The translations under genes were made by a program, and so were the position numbers. Shown here one piece after another: positions 1 to 12,289 of a stretch of DNA of 39,981 nt; within the stretch, counting starts at the first letter, position 1; each line of letters opens with the position of its first letter. The notes under the pieces were generated by a model, which was not told the origin of the DNA, did no database searches, and saw only the letters and a program-made list of their open reading frames with translations. The stretch is from Pseudogymnoascus verrucosus (lineage: Eukaryota): NCBI GenBank assembly GCA_001662655.1, contig KV460256.1; one strand, given 5' to 3'.

Positions 1-2265
1 GGTCCCCAGACGCTTCGTCCCTGAGCGGGATGTGACGCTGGGTTAGACCAAGGAGGGAAACCTCGATCTGGAGCCGCATTCTGACTACTATGCCAAGATT
101 GGGGTTGGGTCGGCGGAACCTGCGCGTCAAGGCTACCACGGGATGAGACCTCTGGTATGATGCCGTTGATATTGACTTCATCGCCCGCCTTCTCTTTGCT
201 TAGCGGCTCAACGATAGGTGCGGCGGCCGCTTTGACCGGCTCTGGTGGGTGTACTTTCATCATACCATATTGCTTAACTTCGCCTGTAGATTCGCCAATA
301 GGTAATTTTGGTGGCACCGTAGACTTTGTGGCGGGTTCTCGAGCTTGAATCTGGATAGGAGTGGCTTTCTCGTCCTTTGGCGTATCCTTCTTTGGCTTCT
401 TAGATTCTGGTGGCGGGCCCATTGCCTCCAACTTCAGTCGAATTCGCTCTTTTCGCTCAGCCTCTTCGCGAGCTTCTTCATCAAGTCTCCTTTTTCTCGC
501 AAGCTCTCGGCTCTCTCGCATAATTTTCTTCTGTAGTTCCACTTCGTCTTCCAATGGGATTCCTGGAGTCGATGATACTGCGGGTTGGGCAAGAGCTGAC
601 GCAGGCGAGGCATGGCTTACAACAGGCGAGGCACGTGATTGCCACTGCTGCTGCTGGTTTGCCCTTTGGCTAGGATGTCCAGACGGAGAGTGTAGGGGTT
701 CGTCGCTGACTGCAACCAATGAACCACGGCGCGCCCCAAATGTGTCCTGTGGTGGGTAGCTTTCCTGGCCCCTACTAAGTCGCCTAGCATAATTTCCACT
801 TCCACCACTAACATTAGATGACGCCCTACGACGGCCATACGATGGGTCTTGCAGATTTGCTCTGTGTGTTTGAAATGCGGCAGAAGGCTCAGCTGGGCCT
901 TGAGTCTCTTGGTGTCTTTGCAGAAGAGCCAGTTGGCGTGGGTGGGGTTCATTTCGGCTTCCTCTACGTCCATCATTGACGGGCTCGTATCTCCCAGACT
1001 GTGAGTTGTACAACTCCTTGCTGGCGCCAGCGTTGCCATCTCTCCATGATCGGCTGAAGTCATCGGCGGCGATTTCTTTTGCCGGCGATGGCATACCGTC
1101 GAACCCATGAGGATCTCTAGTACCGAACCGCGGGACTTGTTGCGGTTGAGAAGGGATATCTGTAACAATCGGCGCAACTTTATCCATCGGGGGTAGAGGT
1201 GCCCAAGGCGACTTGGCGGGTACAGGGAGAGCTGGAGGTTTCGCGACAAGTGTTGGCTTCTCAGATGCTCCCTTAAGAACCAAGCCTCTTCCAGTCCCAC
1301 CAGCCATCGAGCCAAGTTTCATTGTCGACGCCACGGGTAGGGAAGGTGATGCTGTCTTTTCGACCTCATTAACAGCTATTGGGGTTGCTGGTTTAGGCAA
1401 TTCTGGAACAAGATCTTCTACCTGCTGCGGCATAGAAATTTTTGTCCCGTCCGACCATTCTATTGATTGTGGTGCCCAGTCATCATCATCATCGTCAATA
1501 TCTGCCCAATTTGCTTGCCTTCCAGGATCGTCCGATTGCAATCGGGTCGCGAGATGGATGCCATATTTCTGAGCCAGCTCTTCATCAGTAACCCTTTTCG
1601 GTTCTGGTATCGGTGCAGCTGTTCACGTTAGCTTCGTAGTCATTAGGGGGGAAGAGGAAGCACGTACGCCTATTCTTATTCCACACAGCACTTGCGTCCG
1701 GCGCCGCTCCAGATTTGCTGCCCGCGCCTGCTGCGGCTGTTCTCGAGGCCGATATCAAGTTATTGCCGGACTTTGCAACTAGCCGAGGTTTCGATACCAG
1801 AGTTGCTGATGCGGTTGCAGAGCTCGTGGTGGAGCTGATAGTCCCTTTATCTCCGGCCTTCGGTGGTGCTGGACCCGTAGCACCCTTCGCCGCCAGAAAA
1901 GTTTTATTGACTGATACGGCTTTGAATGATATCGGCTTCTTGACAGTCGAGGAAGTTCGTACATGGCCTTCGACCGTGCCTTTTGACTTTACCGCCTCGC
2001 TGTCCGATCCACCGTTGACGCTGACATCTGCTGACGTGACGGCGACATCCGCTGCATCGAGGAGTGGTGTTGCAGTGCGCTCAACCTCGATACCATCCTT
2101 TACTGTGAACGGGTTGGCGGAGACATCTTCGGTAGCTGCACTTTCCTGGGACTTGTCTTGTTAGTGAAGCCTTCAATGTAAAGTTGGCGCGTGACATACT
2201 TGTTCGGATTCAGCTATGGGAGGAGCAACCACGATATTCTTCGGTGAGGCTTCTGTTGCCATCAT
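1..2265 (-). CDS. Large low-complexity protein with PRRC2/BAT2-like motifs (partial; runs off the window start)
   Basis: ATG at 2265. Introns 2146-2199 (GTATGT..CAG) and 1619-1667 (GTACGT..CAG). Motifs downstream stay in one frame: KKPISFKAVSVNKTFL, VWNKNRP, NWADIDDDDDDWAPQSIEWSDG, LYNSQSGRYEPV, and a charged helix ELARKRRLDEEAREEAERKERIRLKLEAM. The gene is secure; the family call is inference. Confidence 0.8.
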
Positions 2266-3259
2266 ACGTCTTCAAGGCGTCTGAGAGATGTGGCGGAGCT
2301 TCGCATGCGAAGTTCTCTGCTTTCTAGGAGTCGATTGCAGCGATGGGGCGAATGTGATCGTTGCCGGCGTAAGGTAGAGAGGACGTGTGTCGCCTTAGGA
2401 ACTCGGGATCGAGGTAGACTATTGCGCAGCGGGAGAGAGTCTACGCCAGTCTTCGAGATAGCGCCCTTTGTATGGAATAAAAGGAACAGCTTGCGTGTTT
2501 AATGGCAGGGAGATGTTAAGAATCTCATTCGAGGTGCCAAATAATAATGGTCGACGTTGGAATGTTTGATCTGGTGTCAAGAAAGCGAGTGAAAGAGGCT
2601 AGCGCGTAATTGATGGGGACGGGCGGCCGCCACCAGGGAATTGGGGGGAATTGGCTGTCTGGAACACTAAACTGTGGTATTACTGTACTCTGCCACATAC
2701 GGCAGATTTAAAAAAAACAAAGGGATTGCGAGTCAACAGGAGTATATATATTTATATTTATATTTAATTATTTAAGAAGCAACAGCAATTTATGACTGCG
2801 CCGGAGTGACGGTCTTGAAAAATAAAACAAATTATGAGCTTTAGTACAGTTAGTAGCATACATTTCCAAGCCCACAACCAGCTGCAAACGCCAAGTTCAT
2901 GTCACGTGCAGCATTTTTTACCCATACAAAGACACTCCGGGTTGTTCCATTATCCCGAGAAGGAAGCCTTATGGCCCCAATATTGTCAATATCAAGAGCC
3001 TAATGGGGATGAAATACATAAGACACACTTCAAAATAGGTTCTGTCAGGATAGAGCATCATCTTGCCTATACAATATCACCCATCACTCCTGTAATGCAA
3101 GCGGAAAGCGGCGGTTCGCGAACATTTTCAGTCTATATTTGTAGCATTCACCAACGACGTTCACAGATCCACTCTCGGGCTAAAACTGATTCTCTTATAT
3201 TTACAACTCCTAAACCCATAGCTCAGGGCGTTCTACCATATAGTAGGCTCGGTATGCAT

Positions 3260-3833
3260 CTAGTGGGCGTTGTTCTTGTGGTGGCCTGTAAGGAGTCAGT
3301 CAGTGGGTTGTCCAACTGCGGTTTCGGCATCTATAACTCACGGAGATGGAAGTAGTAGTTCTGCGCATATCCAATGGCCATAACAGCGACAATGGCGTGG
3401 ACGATGGCTATAACATCCAGGTCAGCTTGTTTCCCATAGTCGGCGTTGTTGTAACGTACGTGCACCGCTTGGGTTCTTTCCAAAGTACTTTGCCTGGTAA
3501 CGTCCCCAAATGCCCTTGGCCTTAACCTCTGGAGCTGCGCCACGGGGAAGCTTCTCGTAGAAGCTAACAACCCTCTGCATGCGGGCAGCGTCTTGTGCTG
3601 CACCCAGGCCCTGCGTCAAGTTAGCCTTTTGTGTTTCGTTGTTGCGGGTTCGGTCGGGTCAATGGTATCGCAATCGATTCCGTTCAATGCCGGGGTGTCC
3701 TTACAGAAGGCGACGCCACCTATCTCAATATATTAGCATCCGTATCATATCCATAGCGAGCAGTAATAGAGTTGTTGAGGCATACCTTTGGCGGGATGAG
3801 CGTGGAAAGCGCGCGTCGGGTAACGAAGCTCAT
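3260..3833 (-). CDS. ATP17: Mitochondrial F1Fo ATP synthase subunit f
   Basis: Five exons (3786-3833, 3705-3719, 3460-3610, 3342-3407, 3260-3285). They give [48 protein letters not shown]...YAQNYYFHLRHHKNNAH, the characteristic fungal subunit f sequence. Confidence 0.95.
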
Positions 3834-4115
3834 TTTGAAGCTGGGAGCGATTGTCAGTCAAACACTTCGTCGGGGGAAACAATTGAATGCAGAGATTCAA
3901 CACTGTATCGGAATACACACATCAATTGAGTCTCTGTGGTGATAAAGACAGGAGGTGTTCAGTGCAAAGGGCTCGGGACGACATGGAAGTCGACCTGGAT
4001 CTTTCTATTAGCTCGGTTGATTACATAATCAGCCTCAAATCAATCGACTTCCACTACCAACACCACCACGTCTGATGCAACAAAGACGAATTGAAACACA
4101 TCAAATCCTTTCGCC

Positions 4116-4871
4116 ATGTCCCTCCTGCGGCCCTCCATCGTTGGGAGGTTATTGAAGGCGGCGAGCCCTGTTGCCCACCGACCTGCCCCCACGTTCGCCA
4201 GATATAGCACCCAGACTGCAATTGGGACGCCTATTACGGAATCCGAATCGAAGCCGACCCAGTCCAGCAATGCGCCTGTGCAGAGAACGGATACGAAGAT
4301 AAGGCACAGTAACCCGGATTGGAACGTGGAGGTTGACCAGGCTACATCGTACGCGCAGCTTGCCCCCAATGCCCATGGCTGGCGGACTAACATGCTATAG
4401 GACTTATTCCCCCGTTCCGAAACGAGTTATGGATGGCAGTGAAGAAGGCGAGGTTTTGCCAGCGGCAGTCCTCAGCGGTGCGCCAATTGAGCTACAAGCA
4501 AGAACCGTCCGGTATGGCATATCTACTGAATGCGCGGGGTATACTACTAACACTACACCAGCATCTATCGCCCAACCAAGACAGCTACACAGTCGGGAGA
4601 TTGGCACCAACACCACTGGAGAATGGATTGGGATATCTTGCCAAAGGGCCATAGATGGGAGAACCCATTGATGGGATGGCAATCATCTGGCGATTTTATG
4701 CAGGGGACCAATGTGACCTTCAAGACGAGGGAGGATGCTGTCGCTTTTGCGGAGAAGCAGGGCTATGAATACTTTGTCCAGGAGCCAACGGAGAGGAAGA
4801 GGTTACCAAAGGCATATGCCAACAACTTTTTGTACACGGACAAAAAGCTAAAGCATATTCGAACGAAGTAG
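4116..4871 (+). CDS. NDUFS4: NADH:ubiquinone oxidoreductase 21 kDa accessory subunit (NDUFS4/NUYM family)
   Basis: Introns 4349-4400 and 4512-4561. R/S-rich presequence, then RTVRIYRPTKTATQSG and RWENPLMGWQSSGD..F.T.EDAVAFAEKQGY, K.YANNF family motifs. Confidence 0.93.
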
Positions 4872-5143
4872 ATATGTGGATTTTTAGCATACCAGGCCAA
4901 GGCCGTAAATATATTCTCATTGTACCTTAGTTTCCGTTTGTTGCAACTAAAAGCACAAGATATAGTGCAAACGAGCCTCTCCAGATTCTATCGCTCATAT
5001 GTATATGATTTCTCGTTGTCATACCTCCCATGAAAATGATCTTAGCTTGCATGTACATAAATAATGGTGTTGTATCTTTGGAGGCAATAATTTATGCCGC
5101 AACCATAACTTCATCGCAATGCCTTTTCAACTGTCATATATAT

Positions 5144-6655
5144 CTATATACCCTGAAGTTTTTTCACCACTCTCCCCAATCTATCAATTCCCTCTTCCAA
5201 TGTCTCCAGTTCCTCCCAAGCAAAGCACACCCTTAACCACTGCCCCAGGTTCACAGCACTTTCGTCTCCATGAACCTCGAACAGCTCTCCCTCAGACACA
5301 ACCAGGTTCTCTTCTTCTTTCGATGCAGCGGCTGTAGCTTTCGCCGTCACCCCATCCGGTAGATGGAGCCAAATAAAGTAACCGCCAAATACACCCTTCC
5401 CTTCTAAACTCGACCTATTTACCTTCACACCAAGTGGAACAAGTACGCGCTCAATGGCATTAATCATCGTGGTCCACCTGTGTTGGTATCCGGGAATAAG
5501 CTTCTCAGCAATGTGCTTCTGCAGCGATCCATTCTCCAATATTTGCGTTATGAAGGTTGCAACAAGCTGAGAACCGCAGCCACCTGAGCGGGAAGACCCA
5601 CACTGGGAGAGTCCATATGATAGCGCAGCTGTGCTATCAGCCCAGCCTGTGCGAACACCGGGACCTACAATCTTAGAAAACGAGCCATTGGAGAGTGTGT
5701 TCCCAAAGTGTTTTGGGTCAGAGGTATGAGGTGGTAAAGCCCGATCGATATCTGACAGGCGTGGCAAGAGTGCCTTGAGCTCCAAAGTAGGCTGTGCCTG
5801 GTCATTGGTTGGCCATCCAAGAAAATCGTATACGTCGTCGGTTATTATAAGAGCATTGTAGGTCCGAGCTAGATCGACGAGTTCTTTACGCCGACGGAGA
5901 GACATTGTCTTTCCAGAAGGGTTTGAGTATGTTGGAACACAATATATGATGTGGGAATAGATTTTGTTCCATGGCCGGCAGGGTTTCAATGGCTGGGATA
6001 TATTAGCTCGAACTATATCGATACAAAGGGATACAGCTAGGCTAATAGGAAGAAGGATACAAGGAGAGAAATATCCGCCATGGAGGGCAGTTGAGATAAA
6101 ATGACAGTGTGCGTCACGTGGTTATGACCTGGAAGGCTGGAAGGAAAGAAATCCAACTGGTGGCAGCGATTACTGAAGAATATAAAGACTTACAGGGCCT
6201 CTGGGCTCTTCGTTTTCTAGGCTCTTAAGCTCTCTTTCCAGTGCATCCACATCGATCCCCTCATCATCCTCTCTAACAGCCCTCAGTTTCCCAGTGAACC
6301 CTGCGTCTTCGAAAATCCTACAAGCCAGATAATAACATGGTGCTACCATCCATACTCTCTTTGTAATATTTGGGTCAGAGAAGACTTGCAGTGCAGCTGC
6401 CAAATTCTGGCTTGCACCGCCAGAAATGCATATCCGTGCGGGGTCGTCCGGGACGGAGTAGAAAGACGCGAGCCAAGAAGAAACGGCAAGCCGAAGTGGC
6501 TCATAACCCTCATCGGGCCCATACTGGAGGGCTGGTATCGAGATCGATGGCTGGGTAAGGGCGTGCTGGGCCGCAGACAGGAGGGCGGGGGTTGGGTGGA
6601 GTGAGGGTGAGGGCCATCCTCTGAGGAGGTTGATTTGGGTTTTTGGAGGAGGCAT
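5144..6655 (-). CDS. PLP-dependent class I/II aminotransferase (yeast YER152C-like)
   Basis: ATG at 6655 (MPPPKTQINLLRGWPSP). One intron 5993-6193 (GTAAGT..GCTAAT..CAG). Motifs YCVPTYSNPSG, IITDDVYDFL and GSFSKIVGPGVRTGW (PLP lysine). Confidence 0.9.
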
Positions 6656-7137
6656 ACCAAAAATAGGGTAATGAGGATGAGTTTGAATATAAACAAATGA
6701 ATATAAATAAATATATAAATAAATTCGAATAAGCAACCAATGCACGTTGAACGTTCCGCTGTATTTCCGAGCTCAACAATTGGAGCTAAACCCCTGGCGA
6801 ATTAATAACTAAATAGTTTAATAGTCTCGCCAAATCAGACTATCACGTCACTAATTATTTGACCAGAACTAAATCACAAATTCCTCAACAAGAGCAAAAT
6901 AATATGTAAAATGTAACTTGATCATTGAAGCCTGAGCATAGTCCCAACTATTAATGGAATCATAACACATGAGTATAATGAAAAATACCCTAATACCAAA
7001 CACACAAACTTCAAATCCCTCTACAACTAATCGAAAGATCGCCCCATTCATCCAAACACCCATGAATTATTCGTAACGCCCACTCAAATCCCGTGTATCA
7101 TATTCGTTGGCCTAGCCCCGGAAATACAGCCACTGGA

Positions 7138-10087
7138 TTACCTTTTTGACTGCTTAAGCTCTATTTCATCAGATGCATAGTTTGGATGCATAACGTAAGC
7201 AACCTGGTCAGCAGGTGCTGAGTCGTCCTCTCCATCCTCAGGAAGAAGGCCGTCCCCACGGACAGCCATGAGAGTATTTTCCTGGAGAATGAAGTTAGCA
7301 AATTTCCGTCGATTATGAATGGTAATAAATCATACCCTGATCAGTTTCTTGAGAACCTTCCTCGCAATATTCATCTCATAATGAAAGTCTTCCTCATTGT
7401 CCATCTCGTCCTCAATCTCGTCGAGATACCACCTAATAAGGACTTCGCCTTCAACACCATTTCCGGTGGCCAACTCCTCCTCTTCGATACGCCGAGCAAT
7501 CATCTTCAGAATCTTCAAGTACTTATCGTGCGTAATCTTGGTTTTTGGGCGCTGTCCGTCTGTTCCTGCCTCCCGCCCATCGGCGTCTTCCATGGCTGCA
7601 TCGCCTTCGACATCGGTAGGACCACCCAAGGTTCCTGCTAGATCTTCTTCTTCATCGTCGACCTCCACGTCATCCTTTTCGACACTGATGATACTCTGTC
7701 TCAGGAGATCGAAAGCTTCCGTCACAAACGCAGCAGTAACCTCACCAACACAATTCGCCTTAGCGATGGCCTCTGACAGACGAATCAATGACTCCAGCTG
7801 CCTGACTGTAATTCTGTAACTGTTTCTACCAATACCACCCTGGGCGTCATCACTTCTCAGCTCCTTATATTTTTGAACCAATAGCTCCCTGGCCTCATCG
7901 TTGAACTCGGGCTTGAACGTCCTCGCAAATCGGATGTATCGCTGAAGCTGTTCCGTTGTAAATTCCGGCTCTACAGCCTCATCGCGGAATTGGTGGATTT
8001 TAACGATGTGTTCGGCCAAGTGACGATCAGTAGCCTCGTTGCATTCGTCGAGGATAACAAAGAACAGGTCGAAACGAGACATGATAGGTGCGGACATGTT
8101 GATATTTGCTCGAAGAGTTGTCTTCCGATTGTACCTTCCACCAACTGGATTGGCAGCGGCAAGAATAGATGTTCTCGCGTTCAGGGTCGCTTGGATACCT
8201 GCCTTGGCAATGGAGATGGTTTGCTGTTCCATAGCCTCATGGATGGCGACTTGGTCGCTAATGTCCATCTTATCAAACTCATCGATGGCACAGATACCAT
8301 TATCTGCAAGCATAAGAGCTCCTGCTTCAATTGTAAATTCTCCAGTTTCCTCGTCCTTCACAACAGCAGCTGTAAGACCTGCAGCCGACGAGGCCTTGCC
8401 TGATGTATAGACAGCTCTCGGGAGAAATGAGCAGATGTACTTGAGGAATTGAGACTTCGATGTCGAAGGATCTCCAACAATGCAGATATTGATATCGCCT
8501 CTGAGTTGCATACCCTCAGGAGTGGATTTGCTCACACCAGACAAAAGCTGCAACAGCAGTCCCTTTTTAACTATGGTATGACCATAAACCATGGGAGCAA
8601 TGGAGTCCACCAAACGCGAATAAATATGGCCACTGTGAACCATTTCGCGAAGTTCGGCAATTTCTGCATCTGTCATGGACGCAAGAACAGCTTCTTGAGC
8701 AAGGTCGCCCGACTCATTTGGATCGATGGGTGCCGTTTGGTTAAGTGACGCCAGAATGTTACTAGCTTGGCCATATAATTGCTGGCTTGTAACTGAGCCA
8801 GGTGTCGAGGTATCAGGAGTCACCATACAAGCCAAAAAAGCTAGCCTGTATGTCAGATCCCGAACACCGAGAGCTTTAAGGCCAGTAACGCCAGTGCCTC
8901 CAGCATCTCCGCTTCTGGGCGCATTTTTATCGTCCCGTACAGCTGTTGGTCGAACACCCGGGAGCCCGAGTTGGCTGACGTCAGGAACAACTATCAATGC
9001 GCCCGTAAAGATGCACTTCTCTCCTGCCTTCGCCCGATCAACAATTTCTCCACGGAGGATGACGTCCAACGTCCTGGGCATACTGCCTGTTGGAATTTCC
9101 GAGCTATTCTCTTGAACCCTCACTTTTTGCCAATCCACGAATGTACTTTGCCTGATATCTAGGCGCCATCCCTGGCGATTACCGCAGTTTTGATTCGGGC
9201 ATTGTGTCGGCTCAGTGTACCGGAATGTCTGCTCAATATTTGGCACCACCATCCGGCAGGCTTCACAAGTGAACGTGGCTAGGGAAAGCTCTGGGCGAAC
9301 CTCTGACGTTCTGGTAATTGTGCCAGATATTGATAGAAGCTGGCCGATATGGGCTGTTCGTAAACTTCTAACCCTGTCAACATGACTCAGATTGTAAAAT
9401 GCGATTGCAAAGAGTTTGTCTGTCTGTTGGTTGCTAGTTTTGTCTCCTTGAAAGTCAGACAGACTTTCGGAAGCGACATTGCCCGCTGCGGAAGAAGCCT
9501 GGTTGCTGGAGGAGGTTGGCTGACGATGCTCCTTAAAATATCTTGACTCGTATTTCGCGATCAAGTTGTGTAAGCCTTTGGTTAAGAATGGAAGAAATCT
9601 GTAGTAGTCGTTGACTATGGCATCTGCAAGATTTCCAGAAAACTGCTTCATATGGTTATAGTCAATGTACAGGGTCGAGAGTTGGTATATCCTCAGGCCG
9701 TGTATCTGAGCGATATAGTAGTAATTGCCCGCGGTCGCATTGCTGGACACTGGTGCAGCTGAGGGTGACGGTTCTTCCTCAAATCTACGCAGCACTTAGT
9801 AACTGTAATGTGACGAGTACTAGATATCCTACTCACTTTTCAAGAAATGTTTCGAAATTGCTCTGCACTGATAGACCGACTTTGTCCTCAACCCGAGGTA
9901 TTGGGCGATCATGGATGTTCCTGGGTCTCGCTATTCCCGTAGGAACTTGGTCATCTGCAAACCCTTCATCGTCACTTTGAGGTGCAAGGCTTTCAGACGG
10001 TGGTCCCCGTGGTCGCACCGAGGAGCTTCGAATAGAGCCAGACATTGGAGGGGCAATCCTCCCGGAATTGAGATCAAAATCCGACAT
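7138..10087 (-). CDS. MCM6: DNA replication licensing factor Mcm6
   Basis: Introns 9785-9836 and 7282-7335. Zn finger CEAC..CPNQNC, Walker A GDPSTSKS, Walker B IDEFDKM, R-finger SRFD, QENSSEIPTGSMPRT, C-terminal YVMHPNY. Confidence 0.97.
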
Positions 10088-10498
10088 AGAGGCGGCGGTG
10101 TTGGCGCTCAGTATCAGGAATAATATGAGAGTACCAGTCGTTTATGGCCGATCTGTAAAGAAAATGAAGGTTTTCGTGGGTTGGACAGAGAGGAGGTCGA
10201 AATGTGAAATCAATGGTTTGGCACGACGCGTCAGGAGGTTGGCTCAGGGACGCGACAAAGTGCTTGCATACACGCTAGACGCGTTTTGACTTGGATGAGA
10301 GCCCAACTCCCCGCAGTCGCCAGTATCACGTGGTTACAATTCTCAATATCACGTGACCACGCGACTGATCTCCAGACACTCGCTGATTACCACCGCGTCC
10401 TCCATGAACACGACGATCTAAGTTGGCGGCTGAGAATTTTCCAATTAACAGCAAGACATAGACACTCCGATCTGCCTTAACACTGACTGGACGTAAAC
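10088..10498. promoter_or_regulatory. Bidirectional MCM6/POL32 promoter with MCB and E-box motifs
   Basis: ACGCGT at 10226 and 10279, ACGCGA at 10250 and 10359, TCACGTG at 10326 and 10349, all between two divergent replication genes. Confidence 0.65.
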
Positions 10499-12049
10499 AT
10501 GGCATCGGACTACGGAACCTATTTGGCGGCTAATATTCTCAATGAGGATCGCATAGTACATCATGCCAACCCAACGTTCCAGTTCTAGACCAGTATGCTA
10601 ACGTACACCAGGTTACATATCGGCTTTTGAGCCGCGCCTTGAAGGTACACGTTAATATTGCCAAGGAGTGAGCTATTTCCTCCTAGTAAACCTGCAAATT
10701 CTAACTCAATGCTCAAGGATGCTATTCGACTTTCACCAGCAACAAAATCGCAAGAAGCCGGGAACAGTCCATGCCTCATACCTTATTGCGGGTAAAAAGC
10801 TTCCAACTGACCAGCCGAAGGCACCTAATGTAGACGGTGCCGACGGTGAGGCTGGGTATATGCAAAGTAGCCCTCCTTTCAGGAGCACCCCACAAGATGG
10901 TGCTCTGGAATCTAACGGAGATATTCCTACTCTCTCCGTCACTTTGGTTCGAGAAGGAGACCTCGAACAAGCACGGAAGAATTATGAGTCTATCAGCTCT
11001 ATTCACGTCTATTGTTTGGGGCCGAGCTTGATGAAAGACCTCGAGGCTCTATCGGATGCAAATAGAGAAATTGTCGAGAAGTACAGAGATCAAGATCCAC
11101 TCGAGGCTGCGTCAACATATGGCACCGTGATCAACAAGACTGTCAGGAGACGAGCGGGTCATCGTGTCGCCACATCTGCTGCGGTAGGCCCACCACCGGC
11201 TTTGAAAGCAACGACGAGCACCCTCAAAACAGAACCCAAAACAGAACCCAAAACAGAACCCAAAGCTGGTATCTCTGAGCCCAAACCCGATCCAGCAATC
11301 TCATCGACATCATCCACCAAAGCCAGTAAGGGATTCTTTGGAAAAACTGTCCCTAAAGGAGACGCTCCAGCGACCAAAGACATTCCGACGCAAAAAAACA
11401 CTGCTTCACTGAAACGCGAAGGCTCTGGCGGTATCTTTGCATCGTTTGCAAAAGCAAAGAAGCCGGCTGTCAAACCGGAAGCCGTTGATGTCTCTGAGGA
11501 TTCCCCGATGAAGGACGCTTCGGATGATGAGGAGGAGACATATGTACCGCCGCCAAGTAAACCAAAGAAGGATGTCGAGGAGAACCGGGAGTCGAGGAAA
11601 GCGAGGGAGGCGGCTCTACTGCAGATGATGGAGGAGGACGGCGAGGAGGAAGAGCCAAGTCTGTCTACTGTGCCTCAAGATTCATCTGAGAAGGAAGATG
11701 TGGAGAGCGTGACTCCTGATGTACTGCCCACAGCTAGCCAGGAACAGCAGGAGCATATGGAGGTTTCAGGGGGTAGGAGGAGAGGCAGACGACGAATAGT
11801 GAAGAAAGTAACGACTAAAGATGAAGAAGGTTACTTGGGTAAGTAGAAGAACCCTTTGCTTTTAATTACATAGCTAACAAGCTTCTAGTTACGAAGGAGG
11901 AGCCCGGCTGGGAGTCGTTTTCGGAAGATGAGCCGGTTGTCAAGGCGAAGTCTTCAGTTCCTTCCTCATCTAGTGGACCGAAAGGGAAGAAACCCGCAGG
12001 GAAACCCGGACAGGGCAATATAATGGCTTTCTTCGCAAAGAAGACATGA
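10499..12049 (+). CDS. POL32: DNA polymerase delta subunit 3 (Pol32/Cdc27/POLD3)
   Basis: Introns 10556-10611, 10668-10717 (AAG acceptor) and 11839-11888. N-terminal VTYRLLSRALKVHVNIAKEMLFDF, DEEGYLVTKEE, and a terminal PIP box QGNIMAFF. Confidence 0.93.
11226..11261 (+). repeat. 12-bp coding tandem repeat x3 (AAAACAGAACCC, encoding KTEP)
   Basis: Three perfect copies visible inside POL32 exon 3. Confidence 0.95.
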
Positions 12050-12289
12050 TTGGCGGGCGAATTTGCGGTCGATCCTAGTCGATATAGCCTATGATTTCTT
12101 CCTTGGGCTAAAAACTAGACGCGGGTCGTAGTCTCGAAAGGGGTATTTAGGTTCGTTGTGATAATAATAATTTCCAACGAACACTTTATAATAGCACAAG
12201 ACCAAGCCATAGCGAACCTGGATTCTCTGCAATGGATATATATACATCAAATGCCACTATCCACCGTGCTCCTTCTCTTGGGGCCTGGT

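Noticed and set aside
617..1315. 232-aa minus-strand ORF in the track
   Set aside because: An off-frame shadow of the real PRRC2-like coding frame.
2834..3355. 173-aa plus-strand ORF
   Set aside because: No recognisable motifs; it runs antisense into the last ATP17 exons and its 3' UTR.
7397..9162. Numerous antisense ORFs over MCM6 (also over TRS85, FIG4 and SYF1)
   Set aside because: Expected shadow ORFs from codon bias on the opposite strand.
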